The notes under the pieces were generated by a model, which saw only the letters and a program-made list of their open reading frames with translations, ran no database searches and was not told the DNA's origin. DNA of 63,421 nt, the filler included, from Pelomyxa schiedti (taxonomy: Eukaryota > Protista > Evosea): NCBI GenBank assembly GCA_020536535.1. It is 22 parts of 22 records of this genome, joined end to end, with 100 filler letters (N's around TTAATTAATTAA, not from the genome) between each part and the next. Parts side by side here need not be neighbours in the genome. Positions count along the whole stretch, not along the records: positions 25,277 to 35,479 come from JAHLWZ010000084.1; positions 35,580 to 37,728 come from JAHLWZ010002106.1; positions 37,829 to 39,309 come from JAHLWZ010002476.1; positions 39,410 to 41,500 come from JAHLWZ010002143.1; positions 41,601 to 42,668 come from JAHLWZ010002898.1; positions 42,769 to 44,591 come from JAHLWZ010002252.1; positions 44,692 to 46,239 come from JAHLWZ010002430.1; 15 more parts are not named here. One strand, given 5' to 3'. Below are positions 32,795 to 46,339 of the stretch, piece by piece. Numbering within the stretch: the stretch's first letter is position 1; the number at the start of each line of letters is the position of its first letter. Both the position numbers and the translations under genes were made by a program.

Positions 32795-35073
32795 CTATGA
32801 ATTGCATGATAAACCAATGAACGCCACGTATTGCAGCACAAATCCACATCCAGCATTGCTGCCGTTGTTCTCCAGCAGGAGCAACTTCCAGAACCTGAAG
32901 TGTTGCAAACAATCTGCAATTCTGTATTCACCCACAGCACCACTCACATCGGCAGCAGCGTGGTTGAGGATGCCAGTCCATGGGCCGGTTTCTGTGTCAC
33001 CACCAAGCAGTGAAAATGTTTTCACAATCTGAGTGCCAGATGCGCGGTTCTTGAGCTGGAAAGCTGTAACTCTTTTAGGAGACAGCACCTGGTAAACAAT
33101 GAACACTTCTCCTGTTTTGTTTTGTTGTTTGGGATGTATGTGTGGTGTTTGATTGTTAGTTGATTGATTCTGCAGGAAAGGATAGTTCTAAAAGGACCTG
33201 AGAAAGGCACAAGAGGGGAAGCAAATACTGTGGCATCATCCATGAGAGAATTCTCTGGGAAGTAAGTCTCTGGGTTATTTGGTGTGCTGACATAGGGCCC
33301 ACAGCTCATGGCAACTTTGGCCTCCAACTTGGTGGGGATGTGTGCTGCAAGATCACTCAAGTGAGCGATCTGTTGTTGCTTTTCTTCCAACTGTGCTCTC
33401 AGTTCACTGTTCAGCACAGATTCCTTTGCCAGGCTCTCTTCGAGTTGCACAACTCTGCCTTTCAGTGCTTTGATGGAGAATTGAGGCGCAGCTTGTGGAT
33501 CTGTGGTGATGCTGTTGTGGTACTGCACCAATGCAAAGTCATCATCATCGAGGACCTCCTTGAGTGCGTGGGTGTTGATGTGGTGCACAATGTTCTTTGC
33601 TGAGAAGCATGGTGTCATTGCTCCTGATGACACAAGCTGTGTGCACTCACAAAGGGTTTCCTTCAACTTCTTGTCTGCTGCGATCAAGCTCACAACGTCA
33701 CTGGACTTGGCGATTTCGTGTGCTCTCGTGATTGTTCTTTGGTGTGTTGACATGCACACCTCGAGGCACTCTTTGTGTTCTTTCACCTTTGCCTCTATTG
33801 TGGATGAGAGTCTGAAAAGGAATGGAGGAGCAGGGGACAAATTACCAATCAAGGAGGAAAGTAAATTGCACGTTGAAACCAGATCACTGGTCTTGTGCTT
33901 CATTGACTGGCAAATTGAGTCCATTTCAGACTGAGCCGTAGATGAAATTGAAAGGAGTGACTTCATTGCATCCAAAATGGAGGCCTCACAGCCTTTGATT
34001 GCCTCACTTTCAAGTGCAACTGTTTCCTCAAGCTTGGAAACCGAACCTGGCAGCACAACATTACTTTGAATTCTGTAAGGCAGAGTGTGGCACACCCAAG
34101 ATGGATTCACGAATCTGGGAGCCAATATCATCAAGTGGGACACACTTGTGAGTGGCATGTGAAGAAGTGATGTGGCACAGATAACACATTGGTTCGGTCT
34201 CCTCCAAACAGACCAAATCAAGGTCCTTGGTGGGATGCCTGGGGCATTTATGATACGCGGTTGCAAGCGCGGAAGCAGAGATTGGGTCACCCTCGTGCAG
34301 GTTGGTAACTTCTCATAAAAAAGTAGTTAGTAAGTTTGAACCTTGTGAGACTTGATTCCAGGTGCCTTGTGATGGATTTGAAAACACGATTCACAGAACA
34401 GCATTCCTTTGCACTGCAAGCAATTCAATGTGGCCCTCTTCGCTACTGAGTTTTCGTCCATGCAATAACCGAGCATGCACAGTCCTTCCTGACACCTCAA
34501 AGTGTCAGCATACAATTTATATTTTTCCACACACCTCCTCTTTTTCTTTCATCACCTGGAGCATGCAATCACGAGTGGTGGCATCAGGGATGAGCATTGA
34601 CACATCACTCACCCTCAATGATGTTGCACCACACCCCGCCACTGGGCATTCAACACTCACACAGTACCCAGGAGGTGACGCGGACTGTTCCCCAACTACA
34701 TCAGATGAATTAAAATCAATATAGTATTAAGAGTATATTTTAAATTAACACCGATCAGGTGGTCCTCCACGCACCCACCTTGGTCGCTGTTGTCACACCA
34801 GGACAGGCCTGACTTTGACATTCTCACTGATGACACAGAGTGCCTGGACATATTTTTGAGCTGTGCCACACACGCTATGTGGCGGTAGCACCCTCGGCAC
34901 ATGATGTGCCCGCACGACGACGTTGTTGTTGATGATGTGAAAGAGGAGGAGGAAGTGGCAACGTCTCCGAGAGATGACGACGACGTTGAATGTGGGATGT
35001 CATCATGATCGGAAGGAAACAACACGGGGTCGGAAATGGGACACCCACACACGTTGCATGATGGGGTTGTCAT
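32795..35073 (-). CDS. TRIM-like RING/B-box/B-box/coiled-coil protein 3 with discoidin (F5/8 type C)-like C-terminal domain
   Basis: RING CNVC…CGHIMCRGC…CPVAGC; two B-boxes; coiled coil. C-terminus YFPENSLMDD…FAS…IVYQVLSPKRVTAFQL…VKTFSLLG…W…FRFWKL…VAFIG fits the F5/8C/galactose-binding-like pattern. Confidence 0.82.
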
Positions 35074-35135
35074 TCACTGAATTGATAGGGGAAAAAAAAA
35101 CAAAGTAGAGAAGATTCTAATCAACAATTCGGTTC

Positions 35136-35479
35136 ATGTCGGCCGGTGACCCCAAGAGGGAAGACTGGGTTCGATTGATACGGTGCAACTACGCAAGCGA
35201 TCAATTCATAGCTCTCGCCGTCGCTGCGTGGGCCTCACAACCCAAAACCACCAACACGGGTGCCGCTCAAACACCCCTCATGCGCGATGCTGAACCACCA
35301 TCACAGTCAGGAGGCGTACGACAGCCACCATCGCCACCATCGTCACCATCATCATCATCACCACCACCAGCAGCAGCAGCGGCGAGTATGCTTCCCATGT
35401 ACTTGATGGAATACATCGGGAGGGAGTGGGTGACGCCGACGGCTGTGTACGTGTGCAGGGTGTCACCAATTTATGCGAG
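35136..35479 (+). CDS. HPRCG-box family protein (split-box subtype), N-terminus only
   Basis: YASDQFIALAVAAW…(Ser/Pro insert)…MLPMYLMEYIGREWV. Confidence 0.72.
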
Positions 35480-35579
35480 NNNNNNNNNNNNNNNNNNNNN
35501 NNNNNNNNNNNNNNNNNNNNNNNTTAATTAATTAANNNNNNNNNNNNNNNNNNNNNNNNNNNNNNNNNNNNNNNNNNNN

Positions 35580-36339
35580 ACTCAGAAGAAGGGCCGTTGT
35601 CGGCGATGAGCTGTGTGTGGTCATCATGATGGTGCTCAGGTTCATTTGCACTCTGAGGCCTGTCTTGTTCAGCATCGAGGACGCCGGCGTGTTCCACTCC
35701 TATGCCACCTGCCAAAAGATACTTGGCGGCTACTCCGGGGCCTCTCACCTGTTGTATGCCAAGGTTATTGAACAGTTGCGTGGTGCGCCTTCTTCTGTTG
35801 ATAAAGAGACTACATTCTGTGACAGGAATTCCTGTGTGGCAGCACTTGGGCATTTCCTCGAGGGGTTCCTGCTCCAGACAGGCACACCAACATCCCACAC
35901 AGAGGCGGTGAGTCACTATCAACAGGCCTGTTCACTGTTCAATCCCTGCACAGGCAAGGATACAGTCACCAAGGCACTTACATATTACTGCCTCGGACTG
36001 TGCTACGACAACAGAGAGGGTGTTGAGGCCGATACGGACAGAGCGATTAGGTACTGGAAGCTGTCAGTTGAGAATGGACACCCGTATGCCATGAACAACT
36101 TGGCATGGTACTATCAACAGGGAATACAGGGCACCAAGCAGGAGGCATTCCGGCTGTACTGCATGTCAGCCGATTGTGGGAACACTGTTGCAATCCACAA
36201 CCTTGGGCATGTTTACAGCAAAGATCTGTGTGGTGTGAGCCATGACATGCGTGAGTCTGTGAGGTGGCACAAGTTGGCTGCTTCCCACAAGTATTCCCCT
36301 TCAATTGTGGTTCTGCGTAAGCTCAACATCAACTTGTGA
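35580..36339 (+). CDS. Sel1-like repeat protein (5'-truncated)
   Basis: LGLCYDNREGVEADTDRAIRYWKLSVENGHPYAMNNLAWYY…AIHNLGHVY…ESVRWHKLAA. Confidence 0.88.
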
Positions 36340-36524
36340 TAATTGCTTCCGGACCCGAATTATGATTAGAAAAGATTTGCTCTGTTCAAGTGCTGTATTG
36401 AGAAGCTATGATTTATGCCAAGGGTAATAGGCAAATTATTTTTTATTCCCGGTTAAATACAGGTATTCATATCACTTATACATATGGCTGTACAACGTCC
36501 TAATAAATTGACGGGTAACGGAAT

Positions 36525-37493
<969 letters not shown>

Positions 37494-37828
37494 GCTGTGT
37501 CAGTTTTCAGTTAATATAATAATATTCCTTGCAGCTTTTGGGTTTTTCGGCTGAAAGTGTAAGCTTGATTGTGTATTTCGTTTGGCATGTGCCTGCTGAT
37601 TATGAACAAAAGAATTCACCCCAACTCTTCGCGACACCAACTCCATTATTCCTGGAAATATGAACCCCCTTTGAAGTTGGAATGAGAATGTGTTGCTTCT
37701 AGTATTACTTAATAAGTGTTGTGGGTAGNNNNNNNNNNNNNNNNNNNNNNNNNNNNNNNNNNNNNNNNNNNNTTAATTAATTAANNNNNNNNNNNNNNNN
37801 NNNNNNNNNNNNNNNNNNNNNNNNNNNN

Positions 37829-38114
37829 TGGCAAAGAGAAGAGCGGGCAGGTCAGCGAGGGTCTTAATTGTGGTCAATGGCTCCTGCTGGGTGACATCCG
37901 CACACCTTTCGTCGTGGGCGAACGGCCACTTCTTCTTTACTTCTGCAGGAGGTGGTTGTGTTTCCGCCTCCTCCGCCTCCTCCTCCACCTTTTGTTGTAT
38001 TTGGACCGAAGGAGGCTTGTCGTCCTGACCATTCGACGACACCATTTTGTACGTCACCACGACCAGCGCGCACCCCACTACCGCTACGAGGAGCGCTTTC
38101 TGCCACCGCAACAT
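37829..38114 (-). CDS. Type II membrane-anchored protein, N-terminus only
   Basis: MLRWQKALLVAVVGCALVVVTYK signal-anchor followed by an acidic/Pro-rich stem; cut by linker. Confidence 0.55.
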
Positions 38115-38960
38115 AAGGAACGCGAATGAGGCTCGTTTAGGTTTCGGCACGAAAATTTTCACGCGGGGGTAGGAGGGGCAGAGGTCCGAGAGTTCGAGAG
38201 GCGGAGGTCCAAGCTGTGAGGCGGAGGTTGGTGAATAATATAAATTATTATAACGAAGGAGATTACTTATCGGTCTCGTTTCATTTTATGATATTATAAC
38301 AATTCCATTCCTATGTGGATTTTGAGACAGTGTAGTGCTGCTAATCCCAAGTTTAAGTCTGCTGAGGTTTTTTTCTTTTTTTTTTATTCTTTAACGAAAT
38401 TTTTATTTCAATAAGTTCATCAGCAATTGGTTTCTTCAATATATAGACCAAGATAATAGTGGGAATCACTTAATAAGCATTGATGCAGGCTCTCTTTCAG
38501 GGCTTAGTTTTGCTTTAAAACTAGCGACAACTTGTTAAGTAGTTGCACATATTTATTGTTATTTTACTGTGTATTAGGACATTCATTCTTTATGTTGTCA
38601 CCTGTGAATCACCCTACTTACTTATGGAGTTCTATGATTTGTCCTCAACACCAATTTTCTTCACCTCAACCCCATCATGAAAAGTGGGAAAGTTGTCAAC
38701 TTTATCACCCTGCTCAGAACAATGTTTTGCAGTAATCTTTCATTTCATTCAAGATTTACTCCGGCTCTGGCTCTTAGGCCTGCTATCACTTCCATTGCAG
38801 GCACACAGCACTGCTCCAAAAGGATGATAGTGCAGTGTTCCTCCAACCAGGAAGCACCCATGACATTCCATTCTGTACTGTTATCCTGTTTTCAACTAAT
38901 TCACACACACCAATCCATACCAATCTGTGCCAACTACAACACTTACCTGGGACCCAACCT

Positions 38961-39134
38961 GTTTACTCTGTTTTTCTCCATTTCACTCTGTTTCACTCCA
39001 CTTGACTCCAGTTTACATCAGTTTGCTCCACTTTGCTCTGTTATCTCCATCTTCTCTCACTCCCTGTTTACTCCGATTTACTCCGTGTTACTCCAATTTA
39101 CTCCGGCTCCCTCCCATTGACTCTGATTTACTCT
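38961..39134. repeat. Degenerate 10-bp-period repeat (consensus ~nTTTACTCYn)
   Basis: gtttactctg, tttcactctg, tttcactcca, cttgactcca, gtttgctcca… about 17 units. Confidence 0.7.
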
Positions 39135-39309
39135 TGTTAGCTTCTGTGGGCTCGAGAATAAGTCCCACAGAGGAAGAAAACGAGTGAGACGAGTGAGAGT
39201 GAAGAGAATAAAGAGTGTTCTCTTGTTTGTTTGGTCGTTGTTGTTGTAAGGGGGTAAAAAGGGAGTGTGTAAAATCTCGCAGAGCGGTTGTGCGATTGGG
39301 TTAAAAGGC
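39135..39309. mobile_element. LTR-like terminus, diverged copy
   Basis: TGTTAGCTTCTGTGGG…CCCACAGAG…GTTCTCTTG.TTGTT shared with the other copies. Confidence 0.7.
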
Positions 39310-39409
39310 NNNNNNNNNNNNNNNNNNNNNNNNNNNNNNNNNNNNNNNNNNNNTTAATTAATTAANNNNNNNNNNNNNNNNNNNNNNNNNNNNNNNNNNN
39401 NNNNNNNNN

Positions 39410-40000
39410 GCTCACACTGAAGAACCTGTATTCGCATCGAGTGTATTCGCGCGGACCTGTGTCGGTTGGATTGCAGTTGAATTCGACCAGAACGTTCCTC
39501 TCAGGCCGCATCACCCACATCTTCCCAATGCAATCAACCAATACACTGTGAGGCAACAGCGAGATATAGCAACCACCAGTGCTGCGAGAGCCGTCCCAAT
39601 TCTGGTTATTCACTGGCGATGACGAGCTGGTCCCAGTCACAAACAGGTGTCGCGCACGTGACGAGATATGGCATCTGGAGTGAATTTTGAGCGGCCGCGC
39701 ACGTGGGGCCCACCACTTTGTACTGGTAGGGAGCCGGCGGGGTCTGTGGTTTCTGTCTATTTGTTTTGTTGTGGGGGGTGGCGGTTGTTGCTGTTGCTGT
39801 TGCTGTTGCTGCTGTTGTTGTTGTTGCTGCGGGCGTGGCGTGGTTGTGTGTGTTGTAGACGGAGGAAGAGGAGGAGGAGGAAGAGGAAGAGCGATGGCGC
39901 GGGGGCACGACTGGGCAAGGAGCAACTGAAGAATCTGGCTGCGTGCAGTGGTGCCCAAATGTAATGTCACCTCTTCGTTGGGGTGTTTTTTCGGAAGCAT
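39410..40000 (-). CDS. HPRCG-box family protein (split-box subtype with poly-Q insert), 3'-truncated
   Basis: TARSQILQLLLA…polyQ…SLLPHSVLVDCIGKMWVMRPERNV…FFSVS. Confidence 0.75.
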
Positions 40001-40272
40001 GCACGACAGGAAATACGCAGCACGATGCTAGTGGATTTCTGGGAAATGGCGAATCTGGGGGCTTTCATCAGGCTTCTTACTCCCCTACTTACTACCAAGG
40101 AAAACAACAACCATCCCCAGCACCACCCAATCTACCTCGGCACAATGGGTTTGCAGTTATTTTTGCTCAAACTCTCAACCTCTGCTCGCCATCTAAGGCT
40201 AAGCTGCTTGTGAAGTAGGATATGTTCTGTTTAGTGATCGAAATACAACTGACAATACAAATTGGATGGAGC

Positions 40273-41500
40273 TCAATCACATAAAGGGGAGTGGAAGGGA
40301 ACTGCCTTGGCGTATATTGGAAGGAGAGCTTTGTCCATCCTTTTTTGGTTCATTGTGAAAATGAGTGTGCCTGTTATTGCATCAATGAATTGGTGGTACA
40401 TCTGAACCCTTGGACTACAGAAGTTAGCTGCTGCCGGATCTTTTGTTTTAAAGAGTGTGACTCCTCTTTGGCCCGGTTGCACTGAGTGCATGGAGAGAGC
40501 GCTTGAAACGATAATTCCACAGCCACCAGCAACCATTGATCCTGGAACAAAGTGGTGAACTTGACCCGCATGGGCACTTGGAAAGCAGGATGAATCCTCA
40601 GCCATTAGTGAGAATGTTGGTGAAGGAGCAGAGGAAAGCAACTGCTGGATCTGATAAACTGAAGCAACAGAGCAATCTTCGTTTGTCACACATAAGTGCA
40701 ACTCATCAACTGCCCACCAATCAAATTTAAGTTCCAATTTATGCCTAAGAAATGGGCAGCTCTCAGGCAGCGTGATAATTTCCCCTGTGTTCAGAACCAA
40801 CACACTCAGTCCAGATCCGTAATCACGTGACATGAAGTAATATGTTCCGTCAGGCCTGTTGATGAGCGGCTGCGTGGCCCACTCTGCCCTGACTTCCCTC
40901 TCTGTAATGTAATGGCACTCCCCAATAACAATGGGAATGGGGTTGTCACTTCCAGTGTTGACGTTGATGTGCAACACCCGCATGAGGTTTTCATCTGCCT
41001 CCTGGAAAAGGATTGCCTCGACAACATCAGACTCAAAGTCATATTCAGAGGAACCAAAGAACCTGAGCGAAAACACAGAGTCAATCCACGGATACTTGGT
41101 CACTCTGCAGCAAGGTCCCACTCGTGCGTTTTCAACCTTGTAGACAAACAACCCAGTCGCGGCGGTGCTAGTGTCAGTTCCAGCAACAACAACCCACTTC
41201 TTGTTGCAGCATGCCTTCAATCCCCTTGGATTCATCACCGAAATAGGAGTGCTGATGTATTCCTCCAGTTCTTTTTGTCACTTCAAACACTCCGAGCTCG
41301 TCCACAGAACGATCTTTCACCATGAACCTGTTTCCACCAAGCCACCCAAAGCAATTCTTGTCCCACCACGGCACCTTCACAGGCTCATGGACTATGCCCA
41401 GAGTGGGACTCACACTGAAGAACAGGTACTCAGGCGACTCGTCGTCCCAGCTCATTTCGCTGGGCTCGCCGGCAAATCCGACCAAGACCCTCCTCTCGGG
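40273..41500 (-). CDS. HPRCG-box family protein (5'-truncated; frame change near 41200-41240)
   Basis: RERRVLV…FFSVSPTLGIV then CNKKWVVV…LRFFGSSEYDFESDVVE…AVDELHLC…IDAITGTLIF; parallels 14122-16078. Confidence 0.78.
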
Positions 41501-42145
41501 NNNNNNNNNNNNNNNNNNNNNNNNNNNNNNNNNNNNNNNNNNNNTTAATTAATTAANNNNNNNNNNNNNNNNNNNNNNNNNNNNNNNNNNNNNNNNNNNN
41601 ATGGAATCCTCATCACAATGGAGCAGTTCTTCCAAGAACCAACGATCTTCGGCCTCGCCAGAATCGCCGATGAACAGCAGCAGAAACAAAAGAATCTCCA
41701 TTCACATTCTAATTCTAATACGTAAGCCTCCTTCTCTTCCACAGACTCAGCACACACCACGGCAATGTACCTAAGGCACCATGTGAGACATGCATTTGTT
41801 TGTTTTTTTTTTTGTGAGTTTTTTCAATATAAGTTACGTTTAGTGATTCTGTGATTTTTTTGAGCACTTCCTAAAGCGTGGCAAAAAAACAAGCCCCTCA
41901 CCGGATATTCTCTTTTTTGTCACCCCGTTAGGGGCAGAAATTCACTGAGGCCTCATCACCTCTTGGGTTACCGGACTTCCAAAGCTTGACCAACGCAACA
42001 GGAAAATCCAGAGACAGACGCTGGGTCTGGTTGTCTCCGCGTTCGAACAACTTCGGTGATCGTTTTTTCTGCAATGATGACAGGCCAGAACACGGTTGAA
42101 TGGCAGATTTAATTAATTTTACCGTCACAATAATTGGCCCGGGTA

Positions 42146-42668
42146 ATGGACGATACGTTGGCGTACCCCCCGTCGCCAGCGCCCACTATAGAATCTCCTG
42201 ACTACCAAGTGCCAACCCCACCACAGCAACACGAGTGCGACACCCCAAACCACCGACTGGCGCATCCCATAATGCCGTCGCCGGGTAGTGGTGCCCAATG
42301 CAGCAACCATCGCAGGCACCTTCGTTCCCGCGAGCCGACCGGCGCCAATTACGCGCCACGTTCGTCCCATAATCACTTGACCAGTCACCGCCACGACGTC
42401 AACAAAAAGTGTACAGCAACAACACCAGCGAAGGCAGCAGCAACAACAGCAACAACGCCGTCATCAGCAACACCGACCCCACGAGAACACGCTAGGCATC
42501 ACGGTCACAGCCAGAGCCCCCATTCCCATAATAATCGCCACCACCGGAGCAGTGCCGCGATGTCGCGTCCGTCGAAGGGACACGCCGGGCTGCAGGTCCA
42601 GGATCAGCAGCACGAGAATGAAAGGACTCCTCCTGATAGCATTTCGTCCGACCGTTGTGTGGCTGTTA
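42146..42668 (+). CDS. Hypothetical low-complexity protein N-terminus
   Basis: ORF from ATG 42146 (MDDTLAYPPSPAP…) open to the linker. Confidence 0.4.
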
Positions 42669-42768
42669 NNNNNNNNNNNNNNNNNNNNNNNNNNNNNNNN
42701 NNNNNNNNNNNNTTAATTAATTAANNNNNNNNNNNNNNNNNNNNNNNNNNNNNNNNNNNNNNNNNNNN

Positions 42769-43242
42769 CACAAAAACCAACATCATGAAATCATGCAATG
42801 ACACAAAAAGATCATTGTTTGACATTTCATTGAACAACATTGCCAACGGCAAACAGGGTTCATCGAACAGCTTTGCCAGGTGGCTCGCATGGGCATGCAT
42901 GTACTACTGGTTGTGTTGTGAAGTGGACATGGGGAAAAATGGAAGCCCTGGCTTCCATTTTTGGGTGGAGAGGGAAAAGGGGGTGTTTTTTTTTTGTTGG
43001 GTGTTGTGTGTGTGGCCACACAAAAACCAACATCATGAAATCATGCAATGACACAAAAAGATCATTGTTTGACATTTCATCGAACAATGTTGCCAACGGC
43101 AAACAGGGTTCATCGAACAACATCGCCAACGGCAAACAAGTTTCATCGAACAACATCGTTAACGGCAAACAAGTTTCATCGAACAACATTGCCAACGGCA
43201 AACAAGTTTCATCGAACAACATTGCCAACGGCAAACAAGTTT
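42769..43242. repeat. 33-bp minisatellite (5 units, 43078-43242) plus ~100-bp direct repeat with 250-bp period
   Basis: Unit CATCGAACAACATTGCCAACGGCAAACAAGTTT; 42769-42869 is repeated at 43019-43119. Confidence 0.92.
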
Positions 43243-43439
43243 CATTCTTTGTTTTGTTTATTTGTTGTTTGTTTCGATTTGTGAGGTTTGAGTTGTGATT
43301 CTAAGGTTGGAGTGTGTCAGGCTTATATGGACTCGCAAACAACTTGAAATCGAGGTGAATAATCAGGTAGATTTGCACAACCTTGATTTCCTAAGATGTA
43401 AGGTCCAAGTGCTGACTCAGCAGGTCAGTCTCCCAGTCT

Positions 43440-43620
43440 CAGTGTTTGTGTTTGTGCTCACAGAGAGTTTGCTTGTGTATTCTACTAAATCACACAAAAC
43501 CAGACGAAGCCTGGTTTTCAGGCAAAAGCCTGACTGGGTTGGCAAGTGCTTATCACCTTGATTCCAAAGTGTGTGCAAGTTCCCTGGATGGAATTGGGGA
43601 GAGTTAACACAATTTGTCTG
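43440..43620 (+). mobile_element. Decayed reverse-transcriptase relic
   Basis: GTTTGCTTGTGTATTCTACT.AATCACACA is shared with 50391. Translation VFVLTESLLVYS…GKCLSP*…KFPGW resembles a decayed YxDD-to-FLG region. Confidence 0.35.
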
Positions 43621-45356
43621 TACATTGGAGAGCTGAACTTGTACCCAAATTGGTCCGTTAAACCTAAAGTGGGGGATCTCTCCATCCCACCAAGTCAGAC
43701 GCAGTCAGTTAGCTCCAACCGGGAAGGCACCAACACGCCCAGGATTAATTAACTGAGTTGATTGTTTATACACTTGTCTCCTCTCAGTTGGTGCAGACTG
43801 CAGCAACACGATCTGACTTGGCTGAGAGTGAGGATTTTCCGGGAACATGTTGTTTCTTCTCTTTCATTGCCAGTTGCAAAGAGGAAGAACAAATAAAATT
43901 TAATGCCATTTGGTGGGCCGGAGCCGGCTGGTGTGGTGCGTGTCACGCAGGTGGGTGACTGGTGGTGCGACAGACCTTGCATTTTGGTGTAAGAACGTTC
44001 TGTTGTTTTGTATCGGTTTTTTTTTTCCCGATGTTGTTTTCTTTGTTTGTTTTTAATTTTATTGCGCTTTATCGCACCGGTCTTTTGTTGTTGTTTCTCG
44101 GTTTAGTTTTGTTTTTTTTTTCCGAACTGTTGTTTTGCTTTGTTTTATTTCGTTTTCGTTTAGCTTAGTCTTCTTTCTGTTTTTGTTCTTGTTCTCACAA
44201 CAACACAGGTCATTGAAGATTCCATGACGAGGGGAAGGGGCACAGCAGTATGTTTCCATTTCTCTTCTCTGTTTTTCTTTTTTGACTTCTCACATTTGAA
44301 AACCAGGTGGTGTTGCCGATGTCAGCAGAATGTGTGTGCAGCTCGGCTCCATTCCACTGGTATTCCTCTTCTTGAGTCCCCCCCCCAAATATATAACTCC
44401 CCTCTAGGTCCTTTTATGCATTCATGCTGTATGCACATGGGAGTGTTGGCATTGGGGCCTCTGCCAACACTCACCTCCAATCCCAGATTTTTTCTTTTCC
44501 CACATTTGTGTGACTCCTCCTTTTTTTCTTTTTCGATTTCTGCGGCATCCAAGCAAGGCAGACTTGAACTGCAGGTATTTCTCTGTTTTTCNNNNNNNNN
44601 NNNNNNNNNNNNNNNNNNNNNNNNNNNNNNNNNNNTTAATTAATTAANNNNNNNNNNNNNNNNNNNNNNNNNNNNNNNNNNNNNNNNNNNNCTCCCAAGT
44701 TTGAGGTTTTCCACAATGGAGGAAGCCTCACATCGACTCCTCCCACACTCAGTGTACCTTGCACCTGGGCAGCTCCTTCCCTCGGTGGTGTGCAGTCACA
44801 GCTGGTTGTCTCGACAACACACAGTTCAGAGACTCAAGGCAGTGCCACTGAGATCAAGTTCGCGGTGCATGATTGCTCAACAGGATTCCATGTTGGTGAC
44901 TTCACTTTTCTTTAATTTTACAAGCAAAAGCTTGGGAAATTACCTGACCAGACTACAAATGGTGGACATGCACATTTGCAGCAGTTAAAATAAGACAAAA
45001 ACTTTTGTGGAAGTGTACATGATCTTCAATTGTGAATTCATGACGAAATAACAGGCCACCCATTGCCGTTTTTCCACAATCTACTCAAAGCCGAAGATCA
45101 TGTACACTCTTCTGTGGAATTTCATGAGGACTGGAAAGCTGTTTGTGCCACTGAGCGTAAATGCTGATCCAGTTTACAACGAGGCTGAGTATTACCAGAT
45201 ACAACTTCCTGAGAGACCACCACCACAGCCACAACGACAACAACAACCACCAGCAGTCATTCATGACTACTTTGCCCTCCGTGTGGTCAACAACTCGGAG
45301 TGGCGCAACCAGGAATTTGTTCTTCAACCAACTCAGTGAAAAACTTTTTTTTGTAG

Positions 45357-46239
45357 ATGTCGACAAAGCCGGGCGTCGTCGAATTTGTTGACAACGCGGT
45401 GCAACCCGGTGGTGTGTACACTGGACGTATTGTAAACAACAAGCGAGATGGCAGGGGCAAGTTCACGTACATGGCCGCGGGCAAGGTCCAGCAGACCTAC
45501 GACGGCGGCTGGAGCGACGGGATGAGGAACGGCCGGGGGGTGCTCACATGGTCAGACGGTGTTACACACGACGGCGAGTGGAAGAACGACGCCCAAGACG
45601 GGTGGGGAGTGCGGCACTGGCCAGACGGCTCGTGGTACGAGGGGCTGTGGCGCGGCGGGTACTGGCGCAGGGGGACGTGGCACGACCCCAACGGCGTGGA
45701 CGTGAAGGAGGGCGAGTGGGCATGGGATGCCTCGGCACAATGGCACGACATGCAAGGATGGGGAGTGCGGAGGAAGAGGCTGATCAAGGGTGATGATGGG
45801 AGATACATCGAGGCCAAGACGACCCAACCTCCTCGTGGTGGTGACACAGGCCGGCGCCACCACAGAGGCGATGGTGACTGTGTATGAGGGTGAGTGGGAC
45901 AAAGATGAGATGCACGGGCATGGAATGTGGAAGAGTGTAGAGACAGGCACCATCTGGTGTGGTGAGTTTCAACACGGTGCTGACAATGGAAAAGGGAGGA
46001 TGCTCATTGGTGAGAACAGCCGCCTCAACGACTCAGGAGGGAGCTACGTGGGTGAGGTGAGGGACAGGGAGTTCCACGGGGAGGGTGTGAGGTTGTGGTC
46101 AAACGGTGACAGGTATCACACTGTGATTTCGAATCACACCCAGAGTGGGTTCCAAGCTGTTCCCAAAGGGTGGTCTCAAAATGTGAAAAAACACTACCCA
46201 AGTGGAGAAGGTGGAGGTAAAATCACAATGGGCTCGATG
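45357..46239 (+). CDS. MORN-repeat protein (frame change near 45790-45865; 3'-truncated)
   Basis: MORN repeats paralogous to 3479-6234 (HDMQGWGV…VTVYEGEWD…SYVGE…FHGEGVRLWSNGDRY). Confidence 0.8.
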
Positions 46240-46339
46240 NNNNNNNNNNNNNNNNNNNNNNNNNNNNNNNNNNNNNNNNNNNNTTAATTAATTAANNNNN
46301 NNNNNNNNNNNNNNNNNNNNNNNNNNNNNNNNNNNNNNN

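Noticed and set aside
39687-39964. Poly-Cys and poly-Leu ORFs
   Set aside because: Other-frame readings of the CAG/CAA poly-Gln tract on the minus strand.
43078-43242. CRISPR-like 33-bp repeats
   Set aside because: Head-to-tail with no spacers, no cas genes, eukaryotic context.
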